Part shown: in pieces, positions 28,141 through 41,600 of the stretch
Numbering within the stretch: position 1 is the stretch's first letter
Layout: each line of letters begins with the position of its first letter
Origin: Paraspadella gotoi
Taxonomy: Eukaryota > Animalia > Chaetognatha
Direction: 5' to 3'
Length of the DNA: 64,000 nucleotides
Assembly: GCA_051294375.1 (NCBI GenBank)
Contig: CM119265.1
Location: 25,676,767 to 25,740,766, forward strand
Translations under genes and position numbers: made by a program
The notes under the pieces: generated by a model
Seen by the model: the letters and a program-made list of their open reading frames with translations, nothing else
Told to the model about the DNA's origin: nothing
Databases searched by the model: none

Positions 28141-31100
28141 CAATGATCTGTAGGTGGTCGTTTGAATATAGAGACTGACTGACTGATAGACGAACGACAT
28201 GGATGGATCGACATGACCAATTTAAAAGCAGATGGACTAAAAACGACGAATCGACAAAACGGAAATGGAAGAATGGGTCTGATAAACGGAAGGACAGACA
28301 NNNNNNNNNNNNNNNNNNNNNNNNNNNNNNNNNNNNNNNNNNNNNNNNNNNNNNNNNNNNNNNNNNNNNNNNNNNNNNNNNNNNNNNNNNNNNNNNNNNN
28401 NNNNNNNNNNNNNNNNNNNNNNNNNNNNNNNNNNNNNNNNNNNNNNNNNNNNNNNNNNNNNNNNNNNNNNNNNNNNNNNNNNNNNNNNNNNNNNNNNNNN
28501 NNNNNNNNNNNNNNNNNNNNNNNNNNNNNNNNNNNNNNNNNNNNNNNNNNNNNNNNNNNNNNNNNNNNNNNNNNNNNNNNNNNNNNNNNNNNNNNNNNNN
28601 NNNNNNNNNNNNNNNNNNNNNNNNNNNNNNNNNNNNNNNNNNNNNNNNNNNNNNNNNNNNNNNNNNNNNNNNNNNNNNNNNNNNNNNNNNNNNNNNNNNN
28701 NNNNNNNNNNNNNNNNNNNNNNNNNNNNNNNNNNNNNNNNNNNNNNNNNNNNNNNNNNNNNNNNNNNNNNNNNNNNNNNNNNNNNNNNNNNNNNNNNNNN
28801 NNNNNNNNNNNNNNNNNNNNNNNNNNNNNNNNNNNNNNNNNNNNNNNNNNNNNNNNNNNNNNNNNNNNNNNNNNNNNNNNNNNNNNNNNNNNNNNNNNNN
28901 NNNNNNNNNNNNNNNNNNNNNNNNNNNNNNNNNNNNNNNNNNNNNNNNNNNNNNNNNNNNNNNNNNNNNNNNNNNNNNNNNNNNNNNNNNNNNNNNNNNN
29001 NNNNNNNNNNNNNNNNNNNNNNNNNNNNNNNNNNNNNNNNNNNNNNNNNNNNNNNNNNNNNNNNNNNNNNNNNNNNNNNNNNNNNNNNNNNNNNNNNNNN
29101 NNNNNNNNNNNNNNNNNNNNNNNNNNNNNNNNNNNNNNNNNNNNNNNNNNNNNNNNNNNNNNNNNNGATGGACTGATAGATTAACGAACAGACAAGCCAA
29201 ATGGACAGTTACATGGATAGATAAACGGATCACGACGAGAGTTTATGTCCAACACATTAAGCCAACAGATTAACAGAATACCGAAACCAAAAAAAAAAAT
29301 GTGAATCTTTAAATATTTCACAATTTTTTTCACTTTTTTTTCGTTTCCTTTTTTCTTCCCGTACAGCAACGGTGACAGCACCTTCACAATCTTCGGTGCC
29401 TCATCTCTCACGATTCGCGACGTGAAAGAAAGAGACGCGGGGACGTACGTTTGTCGCGCCACCAACAGCCTGGATTCGATAGACGCTCACTTCACGCTCA
29501 CTGTTTACTGTGAGTCGCGTGATTAGATTCGAAGGGGCACTTAACCTGATGGTCAGGGATTTAAGGTTTAAATCAAATCAATTAGACAATAAGGATTAAG
29601 ATGCAAGGCGCAGTGTAATGATTTAAAATTGAAAAAATCAGATCAATGGATCAATTTGAAGGTTTCAATGACAAGCGATAGTGGAATAAAGCCTCCATCC
29701 CTGTTATAATGGTCTCGCAAGATCCAGCCAGCTTTCAATCAATACTCGTCGAATCTTTCACAGTCATGCTTATTACTAACTGCCTGAATACTTGTTCGTT
29801 AATTTATGACAACCCCGCCCACAACAAAAACAGCCCCGCCCACCTTCGAGCGCGTCTGCGAAAACGGCGCCTCCTGCGACGCCAGTCAAGTGACTACATC
29901 CGGATCCGGCGCCACCGTCCTCAACTGCCCCGGATGTCATTTGATGGCGCCGCAAAATTCATTCGCTTATCAAAAGGGGGAGATTGAGTTCGAATGCAGC
30001 GTCCAGGTTCGTTTTTGATTGGTCCAGCCGGGATTTTGATTGGTCGAATGATTGGCTGATTAGTTTAACGATCGACCGTAGATAAATATATTTCAATAAA
30101 TATAAATAATATATTATATATGTATAAAATATAAATAATTTATTGATTGAATTCTAGGGTTAAATTATTAATTTTTAATATTTAAACTAGCAAAAACCTT
30201 TTTTTCGGTTTGTTATATCATTTATTTGATTGGTTAACGATCGTTCAATCAACGATAAGTTTATTGATTGATTGACTGATTAATTCATTTGATTTATTAA
30301 ATGATTTTTCTCTTCAGGGAAATCCAGAACCGAAGGTGGAATGGATGAAAAATGGAGACAGAATTATTCAATCAGAATATTTTCAGGTTAATATAATTTA
30401 ATAATAATTTAATTTATTAAATTTTTTTGTTTTTGTTTACACTTTCAATGTTGTTACGACATCGCATGTTAGAATAAAGTTTCTTTTTGATTTGTTTATG
30501 ATTTAAGTTTTATTTTTTGCAAATATTTTGATTTACATAGATAAATCATTTTTCAGGGCAATTTGAGAAAAAACTAAGACACGGCCCTGTAAAATTTCAC
30601 TAGTAAAATACAAGAATAAAATTTCTTAAAGTAGTGTTATTGTTAAATTTCTAGAGACTTCGTATTCACTGTTAAATTATCTATTAAGAGACGTCGAATT
30701 GGGGTACAACTACAAGTACATTTTTTCAGTTAGATTACGTTACATTGTTTTAGTTTGTTTTTTTTTCGCTTTTTCAGAAACTCGATTACCGATATAATAA
30801 TTTTTTTGTTTTCCATCAAAATCACTCGAAATCCATTAATTTTGTCTCAAACTTATGTAACTAACTTACCTTCCTTCCTCACCCTCAGATCGTCGACGGA
30901 CACAACCTCCGCATCTTAGGCCTCGTGAGCTCGACGCCGGCGTCTATCAGTGCGTCGCCTCCAGAGAGTCGACAACATCCAACAGAGCGGGCAGCTGGTC
31001 GTTCTAAGCAGGGTGAGTTTGGCTCGAGCCTTTGATATCGAGAAGTCGAGATGCACTTACCCTATCGTTCTTTATCCTGAATTTACCTGATTTATCTAAA

Positions 31101-33793
31101 TGTTTCTGACCTAACGCGATACGTCGGATTAGTGATCAAAATATGTTTCAATACTTTCGGAGAAGAAGTCCTTTTCAAAATTCCGTTCTCATCGATCGAG
31201 CCCTATTACTTAAAAGCATGAAATCCTATTTTAATTTCCGTTCGTTTCATTTTTCAATATAAACCCTTTGTCCACGCTTGTAGTCACGAGTAAGCTAAAT
31301 TAACTTTAATTTCTTTACGCAGATCATTATTATCGCCCTCAAAATGGTAAACAAACAAACAAACACAGTTGATTTCCTTTTTATTTTTTTCGCACAATTT
31401 TTTAGAGAGAAAGGAATCTCAGTTGTTGAGCGGAAAATCGTTTAAAAATTTACTAAAATAAATTAATGATAGTTAAATAAAATAAAATTTTACCCGCGCA
31501 ACACGCGAGATAAGTTTTTTTTTGACCCACCTTGCTGAAAGCAGATTTAAAAAGCAGCACCAATTTAAGATTGACTATTGTAGTTTATAGTGGGTAAATT
31601 AGAAGGTAAACTAAGAGGCAGAGTAGAAGAGTAAAGAAATAGACGGTAGATGACTCTAACACTAAAAAAAATTGGGGACTAATTGCTCTTTTATTAGTTC
31701 AACCGAAATTAATTAATCCCCGAGATTTCCGACTAATTCTATCCGAGGTACACGCCCCGTTTCTCCTCCTCCTCTTCCCCCTCCTCCTCCTTTTCCTCCT
31801 CCTCTTCCTCCATCCGCTGAAAGCAAAAAAAAAACATATCAAAGTATCAAAGTATCATAAACGATTTTTTTATTTTCGCGTCGAAGAGAAAAAGAGAAAC
31901 TAAACCGGTCATTTTTCTTCTTCTTCTCCTTCTCATACTTTGTCTTCCTCCTTTTTCATTCCTTTTCTCCTTCTAATATTTTATTCCTTTTCCTTTTCTT
32001 TCCTTTTCTCCTTCTAATATTTTATTCCTTTTCCTTTTTGATTTCTTTTCTCCTTTTAATATTTTATTCCTTTTCTATTTTGATTTCTTTTCTCCTTCTA
32101 ATATTTTTATTCCTTTTCCTTTTCATTCTTTTTCTCCTTCTAATATTTTTTTTCTCTTCTAATAATCTATTTCTACTTCCTACTCTTTTCCTTTCGCCCT
32201 TTATCATTTTACCTTCCTCCTTTCCATTACTTTTCTTCTAATATTTTTCTCCTTTCCTCCCTTTCCTTTTTCTTTCTATTTTTCCTCTTTTTTTCTCTCC
32301 TAACATTTTTTATATTTCTTTCCTCCTCATTCCTCCTCCTTTTTCTTCTTCTACCCGCTCAACCCCCTCCTCCTACATCTTCTCCTCCCTAACTCCTTCT
32401 TCCCCTCCTCCCTCGCCACCGCCCCTAATCCCGTCCCCATCAAGTCGATTCCCGATGTCCATCCTTTTTCCTTCATCTTTTTTCCGCCCAAAAAAGAATC
32501 GTTTTTTTTTTATTTTCTTTTTCTCTTATTTTTTTATTTTTTTTTTTTTTTCTGTCGCTTGCAATTGCTTCTTTAAATTTTATCTTCCTACAATTATCTT
32601 TTTTTCTTATATCATTATCTATAATAGTTTTTTTTCCTTTTGGAATTTTGCAAATTCTGTATATAGCTTTTTAACTTTTAAATTTTGACTCAGAATTTTC
32701 TTGGTCTTTTTATTTCTTTCCCATCGAGAGTTTAAAATGTTTTTTTCTCGTTTCATTTTCTTTCTTTTTTTTTTAAGTTTAGATAAGAAATAAAAAAAGA
32801 CGTAATCCAATATTTTTGAAGATGACGAATTTATCTTTCTCTTATTCCCAAATCGGATTGACTTTCGTTCTGAAACGCGAGTTTTTTATTTACTCTTCCT
32901 CCTCCTCCTCCTCTTCCTCCTTTTTTCTTCCTCCTCTTCCTCCTCCTCCTTCTCGTCTTCCATTCTCACTCATCAGACTTCTCTATTTCCCCCCTTTAAA
33001 TTCTCTTCGAGGAAACAATCTGTTTTCTTGCCGAATTAGTTTCGTTTACAATTCGTTTCGTGTCCACTGCCCAGTCATTTGGACCTCTTTTATGATCGTC
33101 GTTCGTTTCTCTTCGTCCGCTTCTTTGTTCCTTTGTTCGTTTCTTCGATTTCAACTTTCATTCCGCGAATTAAAAATCGTAATTTCCCGGTCAAGCAAAG
33201 CAAGCATCTTGTTTGTCTGTATTTATTGCTTCCGACGGAAGTGATTAGTTTCTCATGGTTATGTTCCAGAAACCCAGAGTCCTCTCCGTTGATATATTTT
33301 GCCCTTTTCAGCTTTCATCTCGATTCCATGCCATGCCATGCCATGCCATGCCATTTCTTGCCCTGTCAAGCCACTATTTAATTGCCCCGAGAGAGAATGT
33401 CAAACGATTTTCGTAAATCTGTTCATTGAGACTAAATTCTGGGGAAAGTTAAAAGGGATAAGAATGGTAAGAAGAAATGTAATTAAATGTTTCTTGTTAA
33501 TTTCAATATATATTTATATATAATCTTAATTGAAATCAATTGTTAGCAAAAAAAAAAAACCGAAATCTTCTTTTGAATGAAATTCCGCCGTTTTTTCTTT
33601 TTTTTCTTTTTTTAAAATTTCATTAACATTTTCTGATGTTAAACTTATTGAAAAAAGTTTACTTTCCTTATATTTTGAAACAATGATTTCACTCAATTGA
33701 AGATTTTAACTCGGAATTGCAACAGTTGGTTTTTATGCTTTTGATTCTTTGCCAAAATATTCGATTTTAGGCCACTTTTCCTGGTCGTTGTCT

Positions 33794-33826
<33 letters not shown>

Positions 33827-33943
33827 ACGTCGTAACAAAAATTTAATTTTGAGAGCGCATAGGCATTAAGTTATCGCCTTTTTATGTTTTTACTCTCGTA
33901 CTTTCTTAATAAAGTCAGACAACATTTTTTTTTCCTTGTTTAT

Positions 33944-34007
<64 letters not shown>

Positions 34008-35603
34008 GCCAATAATATATTCTCTTCGGGTCGGTTTGACATTTCACCCAATCAGCAATCTTCAGTCAATAAGCCAATCAGCGTTAGAGGTTTTTCAGCC
34101 AATCATAGCCATATCCCGGTCGCGACGCCTTTTACCTGGTTTTTCCGATTTTTTCGATGACGACGCAAAATTGTGACGCGAAACCAAGTCGCTGCACAAC
34201 GCCTCCCTCTTTTCTGTCCCCGGATATTGTACTACCACGCCTCCCTCTTTTCTGTCCCCAGATGTGGTATTACCACGCCTCCCTCTTCTCTGTCCCAGGA
34301 AGTTGCACTACCACACCTCCCTCCTTTCTGGCAACGGATATTTCACTACCACGCCTCCCTCTTTTCTGGCCCCGGATGTTGTAAATCTCCTTTAATATCT
34401 CCCTCTTCCCACGGCTTTGAGTGAGGAAGAGAGCAGGGTAGATGTATTAGCAAACTTAATTGCGAAGTGAGAAGTATTTACTTCAGGAATTTTTTAAACA
34501 TTTCTGAGGCCGTACGTTAATTAAAGTCAAATGAACGTTCGTAGGATATCCAAAATAACATGAACAGAGCACATCTTGGAAGATAAATTAGCACTAACAT
34601 GGTCCAGGACAGCAAATGTCTTTTTTCAAATATTCGTCGTCCTTTTTTCAGCGTGCGTTTGTCGCATCAAAATCAAAAACAATTTATAAATATTCACAAA
34701 AATAAGAAAATTGCCCACGTCCGGCTGACAACTGATTTCTAGAAGATATTAAATAGAATGTTTTTTTAAGGTTTAGTCGCTTAAATTTGCGCTTTGATAA
34801 ATCATCGATGAAATGTCTTCGCACTACAATATGCAAAAGAGATTCTTGTTAATCGAATTCAATAGAATGAGATAATAAGTGAACCGTCGCAAGAAGTTAA
34901 AATATTACGTCTTCAACAATTTATTTTATTTTAAACTAACCCTCCCTTTAAAATTTTTAAAACCTCACCTCAGTCACACCCACTTCCCTTCCCTTACCCT
35001 CTCGCGGGACTCTCCGGCTTTCAGTTCCTGGAAATAGAAAAATATTCAAATTCAATTTAAAAAAAAAGGAGAGGAAGATGAGGAAGAGGAGGAGGAAGAG
35101 GAGGAAGAGGAGGAGGAAGAGGAGGAAGAGAATGTACCGGGCGATGAGTTTAAAAATCTGCTTCTCCATCTTTTTTTTTCCCCTTAAAGTTTCTCTACTT
35201 TGCTTTATTAACCCGAACTGCCCACAGCCCAGTGCCCACTTGGCCAATGTCCACACTCCACACTTCACAGCCTCTATCCTATATTTCACCGTTCGTGGTA
35301 CTTTCATTTCTTTCTCTTTTAAAGTTTCTTTTTTCTTTTTTTTTCTTTTAAACTAATTTCCCTGTTTTTTCCTGGAGAACCGATTTCCAGCTGAAGACGT
35401 CGCTGTCATCGACCATTCTCTTCTAATTCGTTGTTGTCATTATCAACTACATTGTCATTGTCATCAAAGTTTACCTTTCCTAATTTTGGAATCGATAAAA
35501 TGCTTTAGCAGTTTAATTTACTTCGGTTGTCCTGAACATAATAAAAATTGTCATTGTCTTCATCGTCTTCTTTGTTGAATTTAAGGATGAAAGCTTCGTC
35601 ATA

Positions 35604-35651
<48 letters not shown>

Positions 35652-38600
35652 CTTCTCCTGTGACGCGTGACTCGACATTCGCGGTGAAATAAAACGAATT
35701 CTCTTCTTCGACGACGAAGCGACTAATTTCATTTGCGAGGAAAATGGAAAGTGGAAAGTGAAAGTGGAAAGTGGAAAGTGAACTGCGGAAAGTGGAAAGA
35801 TAGAGAGAAAATAAAAAGTAAAATAGAAACAGAAAGTGTAAAGTTTAAAGCAAAAAAGAATAAAAAATAATTTTTTTTAAATTTTCTCTCTTCTGACTTT
35901 TTTCTGTTCCGAAATCTTCAAGATTTTTTTTTAAAAAAGGAACAAAGGAAAATAAAAAGAAAGGAAATCGGAAGAAAATAACAAATAATAATCAAGAAAA
36001 AAGAAAGAAGAAAAAAGAAAGAAGCTTTTTTGCATCGCGAATTCGACTCGGGTGGTCCAAAGGTCGGGATTTGGAAAAACAAGTTGGTGGATTATGGAAA
36101 TAAAAGAGCAATGCTATGTTTGTTGATGTTAAAAAAAAAATACGAAAATAAAGTTTAAACTTAATGTGTTAAGTAATAAGCAATATTTCTTACCGTTTCC
36201 TTTTTTTATTTTCTCTTCCCAAATTTTTATTGAATTACTATTACCGTCTGTTTAAAATAGCTTTTTTTACTTTTGGAAAAGTGTTAGCAGTAAAAAGAAA
36301 GACGTTTTGTTTTCACGGAGTAGAGTAGCGATCGGAAAGTTTGTGACTTTTTTAATTTTGATTACAGAAATTGTAATCCTTCTTTTGTTTTTTTCTTTTC
36401 GCCCCTCGGTTGCCTAATCCCCATCCCATCCCCAATAAATCCCCACCAAAACCCCGTTCAATCCCCCATCCAATCATCGCTCAATTCCACAATCCATTCC
36501 CCACTCAATTCCCACCAAATCCCATTCAATCCCCCATCAAATCATACTCAACCCCGCCATCATTTCCCACCATCCCCATTCATTCCATCTATCCTCCTCT
36601 CTCCCCACTCTTTCCCTCCATATTCCCACTCAATCCCCATCCAATCCCCATTCAATCCCCGCTCAATCCTCATCCAATTCCACTCCTATCCTCCATCCAA
36701 TCCACACTATCCCCCATGCAATCCCCACCTCTACTCCCTCCATCCAATCCCCACTCAATCCCCATTCAATCTCCCATCAACCATCCCCGCTCAATCCCTC
36801 TCCCAAAAGATCAAAGTTTCCCTCAATAAACGTATGACGCCTTCCTCTTCCTCCTCCGCATCATTTCATCCTATTCCTCTTCCTCTATTCCTCCTCCTCG
36901 TCGCGGACCTTCAAGGCCTCAGCGGATCGTCGCCAGGGATGCCATCTCTCAGCCCCACAACCCTCACAGCCATCATCCGTCGTCCATCCACACTCTCGCG
37001 ACGCCTGACGTGGGCGGCGGGCCGCCAGCGAGACTGCGACCCAGGATGTGGACGGGGTATGCCGTTTATTGGAGGGGACGAGAACGTGCGATAGGTTGAG
37101 AGGATGGGGTGAGGGGATGGTGAGGGGGGGAGGGAGTGGAGGGTGGGAGGGGGTGTGAAGCCTGTGGATGAGGAAGAGGAGAGTGGAAATTCCTTCGTCT
37201 TTTGAGAAAATAAAAACCAGATAGGAAAAAAGAAAGAAGAAACAGACGAAAGAAAGAAAGAAGAAAGATAAAGAAGAAAGAAAGAAAGAAAGAAAAGAAG
37301 AAAGAAAGAAAGAAAGAAAGAAGAAAGAAAAGGAGAACCAGCGAAAAGAAAAAAGGTGGAAAGACACAAGGATTCAGAAGGAAGCACAGAAGAAAATAAA
37401 AAAAGTAAGCAACACAAAAAAACAAGACATAGTATAGGACAAAATAAAGATGAAATTGAAAATTTTAGGCCTACAAAATGAATACATAAAAAAAGCAAAA
37501 TGAATTTCTTACATTCACAGCGTCGCATCTCGTGTTCAGTCTCGTTAAAATCGACGTCAAAAAACATTCGCCACGAACGTGAAACAAACGACGACGATGA
37601 CGACGACGATGACGACGACAATGACGATGACTCAGCTTAAAATTGATCGAGAGAAGAAGCGAAGGGAGGAGAGATGAGGAGAGGAGAGAGAGAGGAGAGA
37701 AGAGAGAGAGAGATGAGAGAGAGAGAGGAGAGGAGAGAGGGAGAGAGTGGAGAGGAGAGAAGAAGAGAGAGCGTCGCCGGGGGTGTTCGCGTCGATTAGA
37801 ATTTACGAGACGTCGTTTCCACCAGCGGAAGTAGAACCTCGATCTGAGGAGACAGGAGGAGGACAGAAAGGAGGAAGAGGGGGGGCCCGCGACGGTCTGC
37901 AGATCGAATTCCGGACTCGAAGTCACGTGATCGCGAAGATTAGTGATGCCGGGTCACGTGAGCGAATTCGGGTGATGGATCGAGGACGTGAATTGCGTCG
38001 GATAAGACTCGAACGTGAAGTGTGATGTGTGACATTTGACGTTCGATGTGAAATCTTGAGCAGTTGGGGTCACCGGTTACGAAATATGGAGCGAGTTGAT
38101 GCCTGAAACCGTGAGGTCTGTTCTTGAAACCAGATGGGTGAAAAGTTCAATCGCAACTCCTTTCTTCCTAATATCACGTGACCACTTCTTACAACCCCAC
38201 GTGCAAAACCACGTTTGACCTCGGGGTGCGAGATTAACGCGACTTAACGACCGAAAAGACGTTTGTANNNNNNNNNNNNNNNNNNNNNNNNNNNNNNNNN
38301 NNNNNNNNNNNNNNNNNNNNNNNNNNNNNNNNNNNNNNNNNNNNNNNNNNNNNNNNNNNNNNNNNNNNNNNNNNNNNNNNNNNNNNNNNNNNNNNNNNNN
38401 NNNNNNNNNNNNNNNNNNNNNNNNNNNNNNNNNNNNNNNNNNNNNNNNNNNNNNNNNNNTGACATCCGGGTCTCGCCTTGAAGAGGTCAACATCCAGGGT
38501 CTTCTCCCCAACACCAAGTATCTCTTCAGAGTCGTCGCCTTCAACACCAGAGGCGCTGGGGAAAGTTCGCCGTCGCTGCTGGTGCAGACGCAGCCCGAAG

Positions 38601-41600
38601 GTGAGTTTGAGATGGAAAAAGACTGTTTCGTGATTGCGTCAGGGATCATCACATCGTGTCTTTCGTGTTTATTTTTGGTGATTTAATATCAAAGCAAAAT
38701 TCTATTCTGAGAAATACTAGAATTTTGTCTGCGCCGAACCACCTGTAGTCGGGCCAATAAGCATGACACCTTTAGTCGTGACCCCGTGGCTCATTGGGTA
38801 AATCCATTAGGACGGCCGTACACCGCCTTGGGGGCGTGGAAAACCCCTAACGAAGTTGCGGATAGTCATCTTCAGCCCACTTCGCGCCTTATCCACAAAC
38901 CCATATTTTAATTCATTTCCTGATTGCTTTAAAGATTTACTTCTAATTAAGAGAAAGGACAAAGATTTATATTTGCATTTATTTTTCCGTGGACAAGGGG
39001 AGAGAGAAAATAAATGTCCAGGGATCATAACAATTCCCCTTGACCGCATTTAGATTTATTCTTCGCCATATCCCCAGATATATTATTTAATTTTCCACGC
39101 AGATTTAAGAGATTTAGATTTAGATTTATTTTCCCCCCCTCTTCGTCACCACAGTTCACGTCCCTGGAGCCGCCGTCTCACTCCAAGCCCACGCTTTGGG
39201 TAAGGAATCGATCCTCGTCACTTGGCGTCAACCGAATTCGCTCAACGGGAGAATCAAGAGCTACAAGATCTGGATGAAGAAGGTCGGCTGTAGGGACGGT
39301 TTAGTGAGTGGTGGTTACAGGGTGATTGTTCTGAAAAATGATCTTGGTGATTATAAGTATCAGTATGCATTTTATATATATATATATCTCTCTCTCTCTC
39401 TCCCCACACAGTTGGGATCCACCGACGAAGAGAAAGAGGTGGAGGTTCTCCCTCCTCCCTTCTCCCGCCCGATCGACAGACTCCAGCATCGCTTCGATCA
39501 TCTCGACAACTTCGCCGAGTACAGCTTCAGAGTCGTCGCCCACAATCAGAACGGACCCGGCCCTTCGACGGAGAACGTCGTGGCCAGGACGCACTCCTCN
39601 NNNNNNNNNNNNNNNNNNNNNNNNNNNNNNNNNNNNNNNNNNNNNNNNNNNNNNNNNNNNNNNNNNNNNNNNNNNNNNNNNNNNNNNNNNNNNNNNNNNN
39701 NNNNNNNNNNNNNNNNNNNNNNNNNNNNNNNNNNNNNNNNNNNNNNNNNNNNNNNNNNNNNNNNNNNNNNNNNNNNNNNNNNNNNNNNNNNNNNNNNNNN
39801 NNNNNNNNNNNNNNNNNNNNNNNNNNAGATACATGCCGTTAAAACAATCCAGTGCTAAAGCTTTTTATTCTAGTTTTATATCGATTCATGCGAAAATTAA
39901 ATAAATCTTTCAAAATTGNNNNNNNNNNNNNNNNNNNNNNNNNNNNNNNNNNNNNNNNNNNNNNNNNNNNNNNNNNNNNNNNNNNNNNNNNNNNNNNNNN
40001 NNNNNNNNNNNNNNNNNNNNNNNNNNNNNNNNNNNNNNNNNNNNNNNNNNNNNNNNNNNNNNNNNNNNNNNNNNNNNNNNNNNNNNNNNNNNNNNNNNNN
40101 NNNNNNNNNNNNNNNNNNNNNNNNNNNNNNNNNNNNNNNNNNNNNNNNGAGAGAGTAATTACCCTTTCAACCCTCTCTTTCCAGTGCCGACGGCGCCCCC
40201 GCAAAACGTGACCCTAGAGACTGTCTCCTCATCGGTGGTGATTTGCCGTTGGGATCCTCCGCCCAAGATTCACCGCAACGGAGTCATCACCGGATACAAG
40301 ATTCGATACAAACGCGATGGCGCCAGACGAGGCTCCACCATCGTCACGGATGGNNNNNNNNNNCTCTTCTCGTTGGAGAGTGAGTTGGTTTGGAGAGTGG
40401 TCGTTTGAGAGTGGTCAGGGAGTGGTTAAAGGGTGGTTTAGAGGGGATATGAGTTGGAAGGGTGATGACTGTCAAGGTGACGCTTGCTGGCGTTTTCCTA
40501 CATAGTGGCGTTTGTTATTCAAGAAAAGGATTTTTTCTTTGTTCTTTTGTAGTTTGTTCGTTTGTTTGTTTTTTTTTGTTTTTTTTTATGTTTTGTAAAA
40601 AAATTTTAACTTGTACTTATTCAATTTACCAAAAAAAAATACTAAATCAAACAATACAACTTTTAAGCAAAGCAAACGCGCTGTTCTTTTGTCAGATTTG
40701 GAACGCGGGACTCGATACGCGGTTCGGCTTCAAGCTATGACAGTCAACGGAACCGGTCCCGCCTCCGAGTGGAAAGAAGCAGAAACGTTCATCAACGATT
40801 TAGACGGTGAGACAAAAGAACAGTTCTTGAGCATAGGAATTGCCATTTATAATAGTGAAACTGTAACAATTGAAGCCCCATACCAATTTTTAAACAAAGT
40901 AGCGGCATGAAAAGTAGAAGCAGACAATTCACTAATATACATTCGCCCATTGGGAGCGTATAATCACCCCATGATACTTTGTTGCGAATTTTCGAAAACA
41001 AGCGTTTTGAGCATANNNNNNNNNNCTTTTGTCAGATTTGGAACGCGGGACTCGATACGCGGTTCGGCTTCAAGCTATGACAGTCAACGGAACCGGTCCC
41101 GCCTCCGAGTGGAAAGAAGCAGAAACGTTCATCAACGATTTAGACGGTGAGACAAAAGAACAGTTCTTGAGCATAGGAATTGCCATTTATAATAGTGAAA
41201 CTGTAACAATTGAAGCCCCATACCAATTTTTAAACAAAGTAGCGGCATGAAAAGTAGAAGCAGACAATTCACTAATATACATTCGCCCATTGGGAGCGTA
41301 TAATCACTTTTTTTTTATTTCTTCAAAAAAAAATTGACTGTCGCCAAATTTCACTTTCAATTTCATCTTTTTCCGGCTTTTTAATTATTTTTTCTCATTT
41401 TTTTCAAATTTAAACAAAATGGCCGCTTTTAGATCTGACAGGTAAGAGGTATACGAGGGGGAAGCCGAAGGCGAAAATAAGACATTTCGATCGGAATTTC
41501 ATGGCACGGATTTAGATTTTTATGGTATTTATACTTAGAATTCTCGTATTTAACAAGAGCTCAACTGCGAAAACGTAAAATGTGATTAACTTATTATATT

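Noticed and set aside
34195-34384. CRISPR-like regular repeat
   Set aside because: Head-to-tail 38-bp units with no unique spacers, no cas genes and a eukaryotic context; a minisatellite.
41036-41146. Tandem duplicate FN3-3 exon suggesting Dscam-like mutually exclusive splicing
   Set aside because: The copy is identical including intron flanks and starts right after a 10-N gap; unmerged contig overlap is far more likely.
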